A stretch of 64,000 bases of DNA from Clostridiales bacterium (lineage in GTDB: Bacteria > Bacillota > Clostridia > Christensenellales > Aristaeellaceae): positions 21,560-85,559 of the forward strand of contig JAAYEI010000045.1 in assembly GCA_012728815.1 (NCBI GenBank), given 5' to 3'. Shown here in pieces: positions 30,052 through 39,480 of the stretch (within the stretch, counting starts at the first letter, position 1; the number at the start of each line of letters is the position of its first letter). Both the position numbers and the translations under genes were made by a program. The notes beneath the pieces were generated by a model. That model did not search any database. It was not told the DNA's origin and was given only the letters and a program-made list of their open reading frames with translations.

Positions 30052-31110
30052 TTACTTGATTTCGGTCACGGCCACGTTCTCCACCGGGATCTCGGTCACG
30101 GCGGTGACGTCGCTGTCCTTGAGCAGGGTGATTTCATTCGCCACCAGGCGGGCGAACACGGCGTCATAGTCTTCCTGGGTGAAGGTGTTGAACTTGCTGG
30201 TGGCCATGGGCAGGGACACGCCGTCCAGCGCCGCGTCCTTCACCTGGGCCTCGCCGCCCGGGAACTCGCCGGCGTAGTAGGCGGCCAGGGTCTGCTCGAC
30301 CGCGGCGCCCAGGCCCTTGGTGGCGGAGGTTATGACGGTCTCGCTCTCGCCGCTCTGGTCCACGTCCACGCCGATGACCTTGGCGCCCACGGCTTCAGCG
30401 GCCGCCATGACGGAGTTGCCCACCGCGCCGCCGCAGGCGAAGATGACCTCCACGCCATCCGCGTACCAGGCGGCGGACAGGGCCTGCACCTCGGGGGTGG
30501 CATCAAAGCCGCCGGTGTAGTGGTAGTTGAGGGTGAGGCCGCTCACGCCCAGTTCCTTGGCGGCCAGCTCCGCGCCCTGCACAAAGCCGTAGCCAAAGCG
30601 CACCACGGCGGGAACCGCCATGCCGCCCATGAAGCCCAGCTTGGTGTAGCCGTCCTTCACCGCGGCGTAGCCGGCCAAAAAGCCCGCCTGCTCCTCGGCG
30701 AAGACGATGCCCACAGCGTTGTCATTGGTGCGGAACTCGGAATAATCCGCGTTGTGCGGGTTGCCGTCAATGAGCACGAAGTGCACATCCGGGTACATGT
30801 CCTGGGCGATGAAGATGGGCTCCTCAAACAGGAAGCCGGGGGTGACAATGACCTTGGCGCCCGCGTTGACCGCCTGCTCGATGTAGTCCAGGTAGATGTC
30901 CGTGGACTGGGCGGTGGGCTGGTAGTAGTTGTAGGTCTTGCCATTGGCTTCCGCGAAGGCGACCACGCCCTCCCAGGTGCCCTGGTTGAAGCTCTTGTCG
31001 TCGATGGTGCCAATGTCGGTGACCATGGCGATTTCATAGGCCTCGCCCGCCAGGGAGACCAGCGGCAGCGCCAGCGCCAGAATCAGCATGAGGGCCAGAA
31101 ATTTCCGCAT
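30052..31110 (-). CDS. BMP-family (Med/PnrA/TmpC-like) ABC substrate-binding protein, purine-nucleoside type
   Basis: Start at MRKFLALMLILALALPLVSLAG (ATG 31110, AGGAGGAA upstream). TDIGTIDDKSFNQG.WEG, GF.F and GYLAG.AA...T...GF.GGM..P.V..F..GF..G are BMP-family blocks. The 688-aa track ORF is an artefactual extension antisense to the neighbouring gene. Confidence 0.88.
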   Translation of the reverse strand: MRKFLALMLILALALPLVSLAGEAYEIAMVTDIGTIDDKSFNQGTWEGVVAFAEANGKTYNYYQPTAQSTDIYLDYIEQAVNAGAKVIVTPGFLFEEPIFIAQDMYPDVHFVLIDGNPHNADYSEFRTNDNAVGIVFAEEQAGFLAGYAAVKDGYTKLGFMGGMAVPAVVRFGYGFVQGAELAAKELGVSGLTLNYHYTGGFDATPEVQALSAAWYADGVEVIFACGGAVGNSVMAAAEAVGAKVIGVDVDQSGESETVITSATKGLGAAVEQTLAAYYAGEFPGGEAQVKDAALDGVSLPMATSKFNTFTQEDYDAVFARLVANEITLLKDSDVTAVTEIPVENVAVTEIK

Positions 31111-31162
31111 GAATGTTCCTCCTATAATATGTTGTGTAGAAACCCAGTTTCCAATCATGCCC

Positions 31163-31191
31163 AGTATAGCACCCGGGCCATCTGTTTTCAA
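31163..31191 (-). promoter_or_regulatory. Putative promoter of the BMP nucleoside ABC operon
   Basis: Minus strand: TTGAAA (31191-31186), 17-nt spacer, TATACT (31168-31163). Confidence 0.45.
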
Positions 31192-31234
31192 GGAAACCGT
31201 GCTCCCCTGCCCCAATTGTATACCCGCCCGGCGT

Positions 31235-31263
31235 TTGCGTGACGCGCCCGCCTGCGGTACAAT
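31235..31263 (+). promoter_or_regulatory. Putative promoter of the ABC-2 exporter operon
   Basis: TTGCGT (31235-31240), 17-nt spacer, TACAAT (31258-31263), about 45 nt before ATG 31312. Confidence 0.45.
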
Positions 31264-31311
31264 ACGCGCAAATGCCTGGCACAAATCAACCCGGGACAAG
31301 GAGCCTGACAG

Positions 31312-32196
31312 ATGGACATTGAACTCAGGGCCCTCACCAAGCGCTACGGCGAGGGCAAGGGCGTGTTTGACCTGAGCTTCTCCGTGGACGCCGGGGAAGC
31401 CTTTGGCTTCATCGGCCCCAACGGCGCGGGCAAGACCACCGCCATCCGCCACCTGATGGGGTTTTTGAACCCCGACAGCGGCAGCTGCAGCATCCGCGGG
31501 TTGGACTGCCGCCACCAGGCGGCGCGGGTTCATGAGCTGCTGGGCTATGTGCCCGGTGAGATGGCCTTCTTTGACGGCATCCGGGGGGAGGAGCACCTGA
31601 AGCTGTGCGAGCGGCTGCGGGGGCCCGCGCCCGCCCCGCGCAAGGCCAGCCTGCTGGAGCGCTTTGAGCTGGACCCGACCGGCCCCGTCCGGCGCATGTC
31701 CAAGGGCATGAAGCAGAAGCTGGGCCTGGTGGCCGCCTTCATGCACGACCCGCAGATTTACCTGCTGGACGAGCCCACCAGCGGCCTGGACCCGCTGATG
31801 CAGCAGCGCTTTGTGGACCTGGTGCAGGAGGAGAAGCGCCGGGGCAAGACCCTGCTGATCTCCTCCCACAGCTTTGAGGAGATTGAGAAAACCTGCGGGC
31901 GCGTGGGCATCCTGCGCCGGGGCGAGCTGGTGGCCGACCAGCACATCCACCAGCTGCGCCAGGCCAGGCGGCGGGTGTACAGCCTCACCTTCCCGGATGA
32001 ACAGCGCCTGCACGCCTTCCTGGAGGAGGGCTATGCGCCGCTTCATCAGTCCAGCCTGAGCGTTGACATCGCGGTGGTGGGCCCGCTGGCGCCCTTCCTG
32101 GCGGCCCTGGCCCGCCATCAGGTGGCGGGGCTGGAGGTGCGCACCCAGCGCCTGGAGGAGGTCTTTATGCAGTTCTATGGGGGGGCACAGCCATGA
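31312..32196 (+). CDS. ABC transporter ATP-binding protein (ABC-2 / DrrA-like exporter type)
   Basis: 294 aa. Walker A GPNGAGKTT, signature MSKGMKQK, Walker B YLLDEPTSGLD. AAGGAG RBS. Confidence 0.85.
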   Translation: MDIELRALTKRYGEGKGVFDLSFSVDAGEAFGFIGPNGAGKTTAIRHLMGFLNPDSGSCSIRGLDCRHQAARVHELLGYVPGEMAFFDGIRGEEHLKLCERLRGPAPAPRKASLLERFELDPTGPVRRMSKGMKQKLGLVAAFMHDPQIYLLDEPTSGLDPLMQQRFVDLVQEEKRRGKTLLISSHSFEEIEKTCGRVGILRRGELVADQHIHQLRQARRRVYSLTFPDEQRLHAFLEEGYAPLHQSSLSVDIAVVGPLAPFLAALARHQVAGLEVRTQRLEEVFMQFYGGAQP

Positions 32197-32993
32197 GTAA
32201 GGCCCTGTTCATGCGGAACCTGCGGGCGCACTGGCGCCTGGTCCTCATCTTCACCCTGGTGCTGGCGATGTACTTCCTCATCATCCTGGGCATGTTTGAC
32301 CCCCTGAGCCCGGACATCATGGGGCAATTGGCCGCCTTCAAGCTGTCGCCGGCCTTGCTGGCCGCCTTTGGCTTTGACACCACCACCACCGAGCTGGCCG
32401 GATTTCTGGCCGGGTACTTCTATGGCATGTTGATGATTGCCCTGCCCCTGGTGATGCTGGTGATGCTGGGCAACAAGCTGGTGGCCCAAACGGTGGAGCG
32501 GGGCAGCCTGGCCACCGTGCTGGCCGCCCCCCTCACCCGCCTCAGGGTGGCCCGCACCCAGGCGCTCTTCCTGCTGTGCTGCGCCCTGCTGCCCGCCCTG
32601 CTGATCACGGCGCTGGGGCTGCTGGGCGCGGGGCTGCTCTTCCCGGGGCAGCTGGATGTGCCCGCCTTCCTGCGCCTCAACGCGGCCACGCTCTGCCTGC
32701 ACCTGTTCATCAGCGGCATCGCGTTTGTTTTCAGCTGCCTGTTCTCTGACACCCGCTGGTCCCAGGCCCTGGGCGCGGGGCTGCCGGTCTTCTTCCTGCT
32801 GGCGCAGATGCTGGCCAAGTCCGGCAGCCGGGTGGCCTGGCTGCGCTTTTTGACCCCCTATACCCTGTTTGCGCCCATGGACATTGTGCGCGGCCAGCCC
32901 CAGGCCCTCCAGGCGCTGGCGCTGCTGCTGGGCGGGCTGGCGCTGTATGGCCTGGGCCTGGCGGTGTTCAACAAGAAGGACCTGCCCCTATAA
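32193..32993 (+). CDS. ABC-2-type transporter permease
   Basis: 266 aa with about 6 hydrophobic segments. Start overlaps the ATPase stop by 4 nt. No specific motif beyond topology and context. Confidence 0.7.
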   Translation: MSKALFMRNLRAHWRLVLIFTLVLAMYFLIILGMFDPLSPDIMGQLAAFKLSPALLAAFGFDTTTTELAGFLAGYFYGMLMIALPLVMLVMLGNKLVAQTVERGSLATVLAAPLTRLRVARTQALFLLCCALLPALLITALGLLGAGLLFPGQLDVPAFLRLNAATLCLHLFISGIAFVFSCLFSDTRWSQALGAGLPVFFLLAQMLAKSGSRVAWLRFLTPYTLFAPMDIVRGQPQALQALALLLGGLALYGLGLAVFNKKDLPL

Positions 32994-33085
32994 AGTGAGA
33001 TGGCCCCTGGCAGCCTGCCGGCCCGGGCGGGTATATTGGCCTGTGAACGGGCAAGCCCCGCAATCCATTTCATGGAGGAAGACTG

Positions 33086-33775
33086 ATGAGGAAGTACTTC
33101 AGCGAGTTTCTGGGCACCCTGGTGCTGGTGCTGTTCGCCTGCGGCACCGCGGCCGTGACCGGCGCCAAGCTGCTGGGCAGCGCGGCGGGGGCCGCCTACC
33201 TGCTCACCGCCCTGGCCTTTGGCCTGGTGGTGGTCGCCATGGCCTATTCCATCGGCCAGGTTTCCGGTGCCCACATCAACCCGGCGGTGTCCCTGGGCAT
33301 GCTGCTGTCCGGGCGCATGAGCGCCAAGGACTTTGTGCTCTATGTCATCGCCCAGTTCCTGGGCGCCACCGCCGGCGCCGCGGTGCTGTACTGGATCATC
33401 GGCGATGGCCTGGGCCTGGGGCAAAACGCGCTGTATCTGGGGGACGCCTTCAAATCCCTGGTGATTGAGGTCATCCTCACCTTTGTCTTTGTGCTGACCA
33501 TCCTGGGCGTCACCAGCAAGCGGGGCAACCCCGCGCAGGCCGGGCTGGTGATCGGCCTCACCCTGACCCTGGTGCACATCCTGGGCATCTACTTCACCGG
33601 CACCAGCGTGAACCCGGCGCGCAGCTTCGGCCCGGCGCTGATCCTCTCCCTGGTGGGCCAGCCGGAAGCCCTCAGCGTGGTCTGGGTCTTCATCCTGGCA
33701 CCGCTGATGGGCGGCGCGCTGGCGGCAGCCGTGTGGCAGGCGCTGGACCGGGAGGAGGGCGCGCTCAAGGCATAA
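33086..33775 (+). CDS. aqpZ: Aquaporin Z-type MIP channel
   Basis: 229 aa. Two NPA boxes (SGAHINPAVS and GTSVNPARS). The N-terminus MRKYFSEFLGT is typical of AqpZ. Confidence 0.9.
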   Translation: MRKYFSEFLGTLVLVLFACGTAAVTGAKLLGSAAGAAYLLTALAFGLVVVAMAYSIGQVSGAHINPAVSLGMLLSGRMSAKDFVLYVIAQFLGATAGAAVLYWIIGDGLGLGQNALYLGDAFKSLVIEVILTFVFVLTILGVTSKRGNPAQAGLVIGLTLTLVHILGIYFTGTSVNPARSFGPALILSLVGQPEALSVVWVFILAPLMGGALAAAVWQALDREEGALKA

Positions 33776-33884
33776 GCCACACAACTCCGGTGTTCGCCGG
33801 GGTGGGAGGAGGGGCTGTTGCTGCCAATGAACGCGCCGCGCCCTGCCCCGCGACACCTCCCGGCATCCACTCATATGACAGGCA

Positions 33885-33916
33885 AACAGGCGCCCCGCAG
33901 AACCGGGGCGCCTGTT
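33885..33916. terminator. Bidirectional-type terminator hairpin between the convergent aqpZ and OYE genes
   Basis: AACAGGCGCCCC (33885-33896), 8-nt loop, GGGGCGCCTGTT (33905-33916), followed by CCTGT on the + strand. Confidence 0.55.
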
Positions 33917-33933
33917 CCTGTATGTGGCCGGGC

Positions 33934-34953
33934 CTACAGGGTTTCCTTGTAGGCCCGCTCATACTGCGCGGGCACCAGCCCCGTCTGGCCCAGGCGCCTG
34001 GCCAGGGCCAGCGCCTTGTTGGGCTGGCGCAGCAGCTCCCGCCCCAGGGCCACCAGGTCACAGCTGCCGTTTTCCAGCGCGTTGATGAGCAGCTGGTCCT
34101 CGTCCAGGTGGCCCACACCAATGACGGGCAGGCCCGTGCCCTCCTTGATCTGCCGCGCCAGGGGCAGCATGTAGCCAGGGTAGACGTGCACCGGCGCCCT
34201 TTGCAGGCCGCCTGAGGACACGTGCACCAGGTCCATGCCCCGGGGCAGGTCCTGAAGCCAACACACCCAGTCCGCGGGCGTCACGCCGCCTTCCAGCCAG
34301 TCAGTGGCGGAGATGCGGATCCACAGCGCCTTCTCCCGTGGCCAGTGCTGGTCCACCGCCGCCACCACCTGCTGTAAAAACAGCGCCCTGTCCTGCCCGT
34401 AGGCGTCCTGGCGGCGGTTGGAGAGGGGGCTGAGAAACTGGTGGATCAGGTAGCCGTGCGCGCCGTGCAGCTCCAGGCCCTCAAAGCCAGCCTCATGGGC
34501 GCGCCGGGCGGCCTGGCCAAAGCCCGCCACCACGGCGTCGATGTCCGCCTGGCGCATCTCCTCATAGTCCACCGGGTGGTTGTTGTAGGGGATGGCGGAA
34601 GGGGCGAGGTGGCGCAGGCCCCGGGTCTGGGATTTGCGCCCGGCGTGGATGAGCTGCAGCGCGGGCACCGCGCCCAGCGCCTTGATGTGCAGGGCCAGCT
34701 CACGCATGCCCGCCACCTGCCCCTCTTCCCACAGCCCCAGGCACTGGTCGGTGATGCGGCCCTCCGGCGTCACCCCGGTGGCTTCCACAATGATCAGCCC
34801 CACCTGGCCGATGGCCCGCGCGCCGTAGTGGGCCAGGTGAAAATGGCCCACCCGGCCATCCTGCCGGTCGCAGGAGTACATGCACATGGGCGGCATCACC
34901 AGGCGGTTCTTGAGCTTCAGGTTCCTGATGACCAGGGGTTCAAAGGCTTTCAT
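33934..34953 (-). CDS. Old Yellow Enzyme-family NADPH:flavin oxidoreductase (YqjM/NamA-like)
   Basis: 339 aa. The PPMCMYS motif is characteristic of the YqjM class; also VEATGV.PEGR, HAGRK and HGAHGYL. Confidence 0.85.
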   Translation of the reverse strand: MKAFEPLVIRNLKLKNRLVMPPMCMYSCDRQDGRVGHFHLAHYGARAIGQVGLIIVEATGVTPEGRITDQCLGLWEEGQVAGMRELALHIKALGAVPALQLIHAGRKSQTRGLRHLAPSAIPYNNHPVDYEEMRQADIDAVVAGFGQAARRAHEAGFEGLELHGAHGYLIHQFLSPLSNRRQDAYGQDRALFLQQVVAAVDQHWPREKALWIRISATDWLEGGVTPADWVCWLQDLPRGMDLVHVSSGGLQRAPVHVYPGYMLPLARQIKEGTGLPVIGVGHLDEDQLLINALENGSCDLVALGRELLRQPNKALALARRLGQTGLVPAQYERAYKETL

Positions 34954-34981
34954 CGCTTGTCCTTTTCTGATGGTTTCACCC

Positions 34982-35926
34982 TCAGGCGTCCATCACCCGC
35001 AGCGCCTGCGCCGCGATGTGGTCCGCTGTCAGGTCATAGGCGGCCAGCAGCTCGTGGTAGTCGGCCGCTGAGGTGCCAAACACGTCCTGCATGCCCAGGC
35101 GGGTCACCCGCACGCGGCTGTCAGCCGGGCCGGACATCAGGACCTCGCACACTGCCGAGCCCAGCCCGCCAATCACGCTGGCTTCCTCCACCGTGAGCGC
35201 GCCCTTCATGCCCCGGGCATGGGCGCGGATGCCCTCCCCGTCCAGCGGCTTGATGGTGTGCACGTTGACCACCTTGAGGGACAGGCCCTGCGCCTCCAGC
35301 AGCTTGGCCGCCTCCAGCGCCAGGTAGACCATGTAGCCGGTGGCATACACCACCACGTCGTGCCCGTCCCGCATCAGCCGCACCTTGCCGGGGGTGAAGG
35401 GCTCGTCCTCGCGGGTCAGCACCGGCAGGTCGTTGCGGTTGAGGCGCAGGTAGCAGGGGCCGGGGATGTCGGCCATGGCGCGGGTCATGTGCGCGGCCTC
35501 CACGGCGTCCGCCGGGGAAAAGACCGTCATCCCCGGCAGCACCCGCATCAGGGCGATGTCATCCACCGACTGGTGGGTCTTGCCGTCGCCAAAGTCCGAC
35601 AGGCCGGCTGAGGAGCCGCAGACCTTGACGTTCAGCCGCGGGATGACCACCGAGGAGCGCAGCTGGTCATAGGCCCTTCCGGTGGCGAACACCGCGAAGG
35701 TGCTCACAAAGGCGGTGTGTCCGGTCAGCGCAAGGCCTGCCGCCACAGACATCATGTTGGCCTCCGCGATGCCCAGCTGGAAGTACCGCTCGGGGTATTT
35801 CTCCCCGAAAAACATGGACATGGTGGAGCGGCCCAGGTCCGCCTCCAGGGCCACAACCCCGGGGTTGCTGCCGCCCAGGGCCACCAGGGTATCGCCATAG
35901 GCGCGGCGCATGTTCATCAGTTTCAT
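34982..35926 (-). CDS. Transketolase, C-terminal (pyrimidine-binding) subunit of a split enzyme
   Basis: 314 aa. R.AYGD.L..LG, GIAEANM, G.SH.S..DIA.MR..P. Start overlaps the N-terminal subunit stop by 4 nt. Confidence 0.9.
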   Translation of the reverse strand: MKLMNMRRAYGDTLVALGGSNPGVVALEADLGRSTMSMFFGEKYPERYFQLGIAEANMMSVAAGLALTGHTAFVSTFAVFATGRAYDQLRSSVVIPRLNVKVCGSSAGLSDFGDGKTHQSVDDIALMRVLPGMTVFSPADAVEAAHMTRAMADIPGPCYLRLNRNDLPVLTREDEPFTPGKVRLMRDGHDVVVYATGYMVYLALEAAKLLEAQGLSLKVVNVHTIKPLDGEGIRAHARGMKGALTVEEASVIGGLGSAVCEVLMSGPADSRVRVTRLGMQDVFGTSAADYHELLAAYDLTADHIAAQALRVMDA

Positions 35927-36768
35927 TGTGCTGCCTCCTGCATCATCTGCTCCACCGCCGCCAGCGCCTGCTGGTACTGCTCCTCATTGAGCGCGGCGTT
36001 GTGGAAGGCCACGCGGCCCTCCGCGAAGGGGAAGCCCTTGCCCTTGACGGTGTTGGCCACAATCACCGTGGGCCGGCCCCTGGTGGCCCGGGCTGTTTCC
36101 AGCGCCTCCACCACCTGGTGAAGGTCATGGCCGTCAATCTCCAGCGTGTGCCAGCCAAAGGCCGCCCACTTGGTGGCCTGGTCGGGGTTGGGCAGGATGG
36201 CCTCGCAGGAATCGGTGGCCTGCAGGCCGTTCTGGTCGATGATGGCGCACAGGTTGTCCACGCCAAAGGCCCCGGCGGCCATCACCGCCTCCCAGACCTG
36301 GCCCTCGGCAAGCTCGCCGTCCCCCAGCACGCAGTACACCCGGGCGGGGGAACCATCCAGGCGCAGGCCCAGCGCCATGCCCAGGCAGATGGACAGCCCC
36401 TGCCCCAGGGAGCCGGTCACCGCCTCAATGCCCGGGGTGTAGTCCATGTCCGGGTGGCCCTGCAGCACGCCCTTGAGGGTCTTCACCCGGGCGAACTCCG
36501 CCTTGTCAAAATAGCCCAGCTCCCCCAGCGCCGCGTACTGCGCCAGCACCGCGTGCCCCTTGGAGAACACGCAGCGGTCCCGCCGCGGGTCCCGGGGGTC
36601 GGGGAAGACCTTCATGTGGTGGAAATAAAGCGCGGCGGTGATGTCCGCCACCGAGGAGCTGCCGCCCAGGTGCCCCACCTTGCCCGGGGGCACCATCAGC
36701 AGGATGTTGCGGCGCAGCCTGGCCGCCATCAGGCGCAGGTCGCGCAGGTCCTTGTCATGTGTGTTCAT
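35923..36768 (-). CDS. Transketolase, N-terminal (TPP-binding) subunit of a split enzyme
   Basis: 281 aa. GH.GGS.S.ADI, FSKGH, and the GDGEL.EGQVWEA TPP-binding motif. Confidence 0.9.
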   Translation of the reverse strand: MNTHDKDLRDLRLMAARLRRNILLMVPPGKVGHLGGSSSVADITAALYFHHMKVFPDPRDPRRDRCVFSKGHAVLAQYAALGELGYFDKAEFARVKTLKGVLQGHPDMDYTPGIEAVTGSLGQGLSICLGMALGLRLDGSPARVYCVLGDGELAEGQVWEAVMAAGAFGVDNLCAIIDQNGLQATDSCEAILPNPDQATKWAAFGWHTLEIDGHDLHQVVEALETARATRGRPTVIVANTVKGKGFPFAEGRVAFHNAALNEEQYQQALAAVEQMMQEAAQ

Positions 36769-36788
36769 GCCCTGTCCTTTCGTTTGAG

Positions 36789-37541
36789 TCAGTAGGCGGT
36801 GACACCGCCGTCCACCGGCAGCGCGGCGCCGTTGATGAAGGCGGCCCCGTCACTGGCCAGGAAGCATACCAGGTGCGCCACGTCCAGGTCGCTGGCCAGC
36901 CGGCCCAGGGGCACCTCGCCCAGGCGCTGGGCGGCCCAGTCCGGGTCCCCCAGCATCTGCCGCACCAGCGGGGTGTCCACGGTGCTGGGGTGGACGCTGT
37001 TGCAGCGGATGTTGTCCGCGCCATGGCGCGCGGCAATGGATTTGGTGAGCAGGGTGACCGCGCCCTTGCTGGCGGTATAGGCCTCGGGCGTGTAGCGGTG
37101 GCCGATGAGGCCGCAGACGGAGGAGATGTTGATGATGCTGCCCCCGCCCTGGGCGCGCATGAGGGGGATGGCGGTTTTGCAGCCCAGGAAGACCGAGCCG
37201 GTGTTGACCGCCATCATCTTCATCCACTCCTCTATGCTCATCTGCTCAATGGGCTTGCGGATGTTGATGCCGGCGTTGTTCACCAGCACATCCAGCCGGC
37301 CGCATTCCGCCTGGGTGAAGGCGGCGGCTTCCTGCCAGGCGGCTTCACTTGTGACCTCCAGGCGCACATAGCGCGCCCAGTGGCCCTGGGCCACCAGGGC
37401 ATCCGCCAGCGCCTGGCCCGCCTGGTCGTCCACATCGCTGATCACCACCCGCGCGCCCCGCTGGCACAGCTGCCTGGCCATGGCACTGCCCAGCCCGCCA
37501 GCCGCGCCGGTGATCAGGACGCCCTTGTCCCGCACATTCAT
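36789..37541 (-). CDS. Short-chain dehydrogenase/reductase (SDR)
   Basis: Start at MNVRDKGVLITGAAGGLGSAMAR (ATG 37541, GGAGGAAGG upstream). TGxxxGxG, NNAG and the YTASKGAV (YxxxK) catalytic motif. Confidence 0.85.
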   Translation of the reverse strand: MNVRDKGVLITGAAGGLGSAMARQLCQRGARVVISDVDDQAGQALADALVAQGHWARYVRLEVTSEAAWQEAAAFTQAECGRLDVLVNNAGINIRKPIEQMSIEEWMKMMAVNTGSVFLGCKTAIPLMRAQGGGSIINISSVCGLIGHRYTPEAYTASKGAVTLLTKSIAARHGADNIRCNSVHPSTVDTPLVRQMLGDPDWAAQRLGEVPLGRLASDLDVAHLVCFLASDGAAFINGAALPVDGGVTAY

Positions 37542-37613
37542 GCCCTTCCTCCTCTCCTGCCCCCATCCGGGGCACACGAACAAGGCGCCCTTGCAGGCGT
37601 GCCCGACAGCCCC

Positions 37614-38045
37614 TCAGCCGCTGATGACGCCCTTTTTCAGGATGAGGTTGGCATACAGCGCCCCCTCCCCTGTCTGCACGGTGGCATAGGCCTTGCGGCT
37701 GAGGTCGTAAAAAGCAAAGCGCTCCACAAACTGGATCCTGGCCTTTGGCTCATGCCGGGCGATGACCTGGCGGAACTCCTCCCAGATGGGCGGGTCGCCC
37801 TGCATGCTGCCCGGCACCACCGCCATGAGGGTGACCGGGGCCTCCACAAAGCTGTCCAGCGGGAAGAGGCGCAAGATGGCGTCCAGCAGCTCGGTGACCT
37901 TGTGGCCGTCCGCGCGCAGGCAGCGGGCGTTCATGCTGGCGGCGGGAAAATTGCCGTCCCCCAGCACCAGGTCATCCCCGTGGCCCATTTCGGCGATCAC
38001 CTTGAGCAGCTCCGGGGACAGCAGGGGAGAGATGCCTTTGAGCAT
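37614..38045 (-). CDS. fucU: RbsD/FucU-family sugar mutarotase/pyranase
   Basis: Start at MLKGISPLLSPELLKVIAEMGHGDDLVLGDGNFP (ATG 38045, AGGAGGAA upstream), the canonical FucU/RbsD opening. First gene of the minus-strand operon. Confidence 0.8.
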   Translation of the reverse strand: MLKGISPLLSPELLKVIAEMGHGDDLVLGDGNFPAASMNARCLRADGHKVTELLDAILRLFPLDSFVEAPVTLMAVVPGSMQGDPPIWEEFRQVIARHEPKARIQFVERFAFYDLSRKAYATVQTGEGALYANLILKKGVISG

Positions 38046-38124
38046 GGAAAGTTCCTCCTGAAGTATCTGTTTGTCCTCCTCATTTATATGCGGATGTCCA
38101 GGCGCTGTCAAGGGCGCCGCCGCC

Positions 38125-38154
38125 TTGACAAGGCATAGGGCCCCGCGCTACAAT
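38125..38154 (+). promoter_or_regulatory. Putative promoter of the pyr operon
   Basis: TTGACA (38125-38130), 18-nt spacer, TACAAT (38149-38154), about 55 nt upstream of pyrC. Confidence 0.45.
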
Positions 38155-38208
38155 ACCGCGACACCGCAAGCGGCTGTGTCATCCCACGCACAGGAGATGA
38201 GGTTCATC

Positions 38209-39480
38209 ATGCGGTATGTGATTCAGGGCGTCACCGTCCACAACCGGGAGGGGCGGGTGCGCAGGGACCTTGTGTTGACCGGGGGCAGGCTGCGCATGGC
38301 ACCCGGCAGCCAGGGGGAAGGCCCCCTCATCCCCGTCACCGGGCGCGACCTGCACCTGTTTCCGGGCTTCACCGATGTCCACGTGCATCTGAGGGAGCCC
38401 GGTTTTTCGTATAAGGAAACCATCAGAACCGGCACCCGGGCGGCCGCCCGGGGCGGCTTCACGACCCTTGTCACCATGCCCAACCTCAACCCCGTGCCCG
38501 ACAGCCTGGAAACCCTGGATGTCCAGCAGCGCCTGATTGCCGACCAGGCCCTGGTGCGCGTGATCCCCCTGGGCGCCATCACCAAAAGCCAGCAGGGCCA
38601 GGAGCTGGCGGACATGGACGACATGAGCGACTGGGTGGCCGGCTTCAGCGATGACGGGCGGGGCGTGCAAACCCGGGCCTTGATGCTGCGGGCCATGCGC
38701 GAGGCCAGGCGCCTCAACCAGATCATTGTGGCCCACTGCGAGGACGAGGCGCTCACCCAGGGCGGCTGGATCCATGACGGGGACTGGGCGCGCGCCCACG
38801 GCCACACCGGCAACCCCTCCCAAAGCGAGTGGCGCCAGGTGGCGCGGGACCTGGCCCTGGCCCGGCAGGCCGGCTGCAAATACCATGTGTGCCACGTGTC
38901 CACCCGGGAGAGCGTGGCGCTGCTGCGCCAGGCCAAGGCCCAGGGCCTGGATGTGAGCTGCGAAACCGCGCCGCACTACCTGCTGCTGGATGACAGCCAG
39001 CTCAAGGACCACGGGCGCTTCAAGATGAACCCGCCCATCCGCGCGCGGGCAGACCGGGAAGCCCTGGTGGCAGGGCTGATTGACGGCACGGTGGACATGG
39101 TGGCCACCGACCACGCGCCCCATTCCCCGGAGGAAAAAAGCGGCGGCCTGCGCCACAGCCTCAACGGCGTGGTGGGGCTGGAGACCGCCTTTGCCACCCT
39201 GTACACCGGCCTGGTGCTGCCGGGCACCCTGAGCCTGGAGCGCCTGCTGGACGCGCTGGTCTACCGGCCCCAGGCGCGCTTTGGCATCGCCCCCCTGGAG
39301 GACTGGACCCTGTTTGACCTGGGCGCCGCCTACGACATCCAGCCTGATGCCTTCCAGAGCTTGGGCCGCGCCACGCCCTTTGAGGGGCAGCGGGTGCATG
39401 GCCAGTGCCTGCTCACCATCCACAAGGGGCGGGCGGTCTGGCAGGACCCGGCCGTCTTCCCCCAGGAGGCGGCAGAATGA
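38209..39480 (+). CDS. pyrC: Dihydroorotase
   Basis: Start taken at MRYVIQG (ATG 38209; ATG 38197 is possible). DVHVHLREPG (HxH metal site), TMPN, a VCHVS-type block and TDHAPH. Confidence 0.9.
   Translation: MRYVIQGVTVHNREGRVRRDLVLTGGRLRMAPGSQGEGPLIPVTGRDLHLFPGFTDVHVHLREPGFSYKETIRTGTRAAARGGFTTLVTMPNLNPVPDSLETLDVQQRLIADQALVRVIPLGAITKSQQGQELADMDDMSDWVAGFSDDGRGVQTRALMLRAMREARRLNQIIVAHCEDEALTQGGWIHDGDWARAHGHTGNPSQSEWRQVARDLALARQAGCKYHVCHVSTRESVALLRQAKAQGLDVSCETAPHYLLLDDSQLKDHGRFKMNPPIRARADREALVAGLIDGTVDMVATDHAPHSPEEKSGGLRHSLNGVVGLETAFATLYTGLVLPGTLSLERLLDALVYRPQARFGIAPLEDWTLFDLGAAYDIQPDAFQSLGRATPFEGQRVHGQCLLTIHKGRAVWQDPAVFPQEAAE

Noticed and set aside
30052-32118. 688-aa ORF that suggests a giant BMP-family protein.
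   Set aside because: Only the C-terminal 353 codons, from MRKFLAL at 31110 (with AGGAGG RBS and signal peptide), look real. The upstream 335 codons run antisense through the intergenic promoters and the ABC ATPase gene at 31312-32196.
38046-38208. Looked for a PyrR-type attenuator (binding loop resembling ARUCCAGAGAGGYU plus a terminator/antiterminator) or a pyrimidine-sensing leader upstream of pyrC.
   Set aside because: Only a promoter-like TTGACA-18-TACAAT and a short GGCGC...GCGCC hairpin are present. There is no PyrR box, no U-run terminator and no pyrR gene in the operon. The leader is only about 55 nt.
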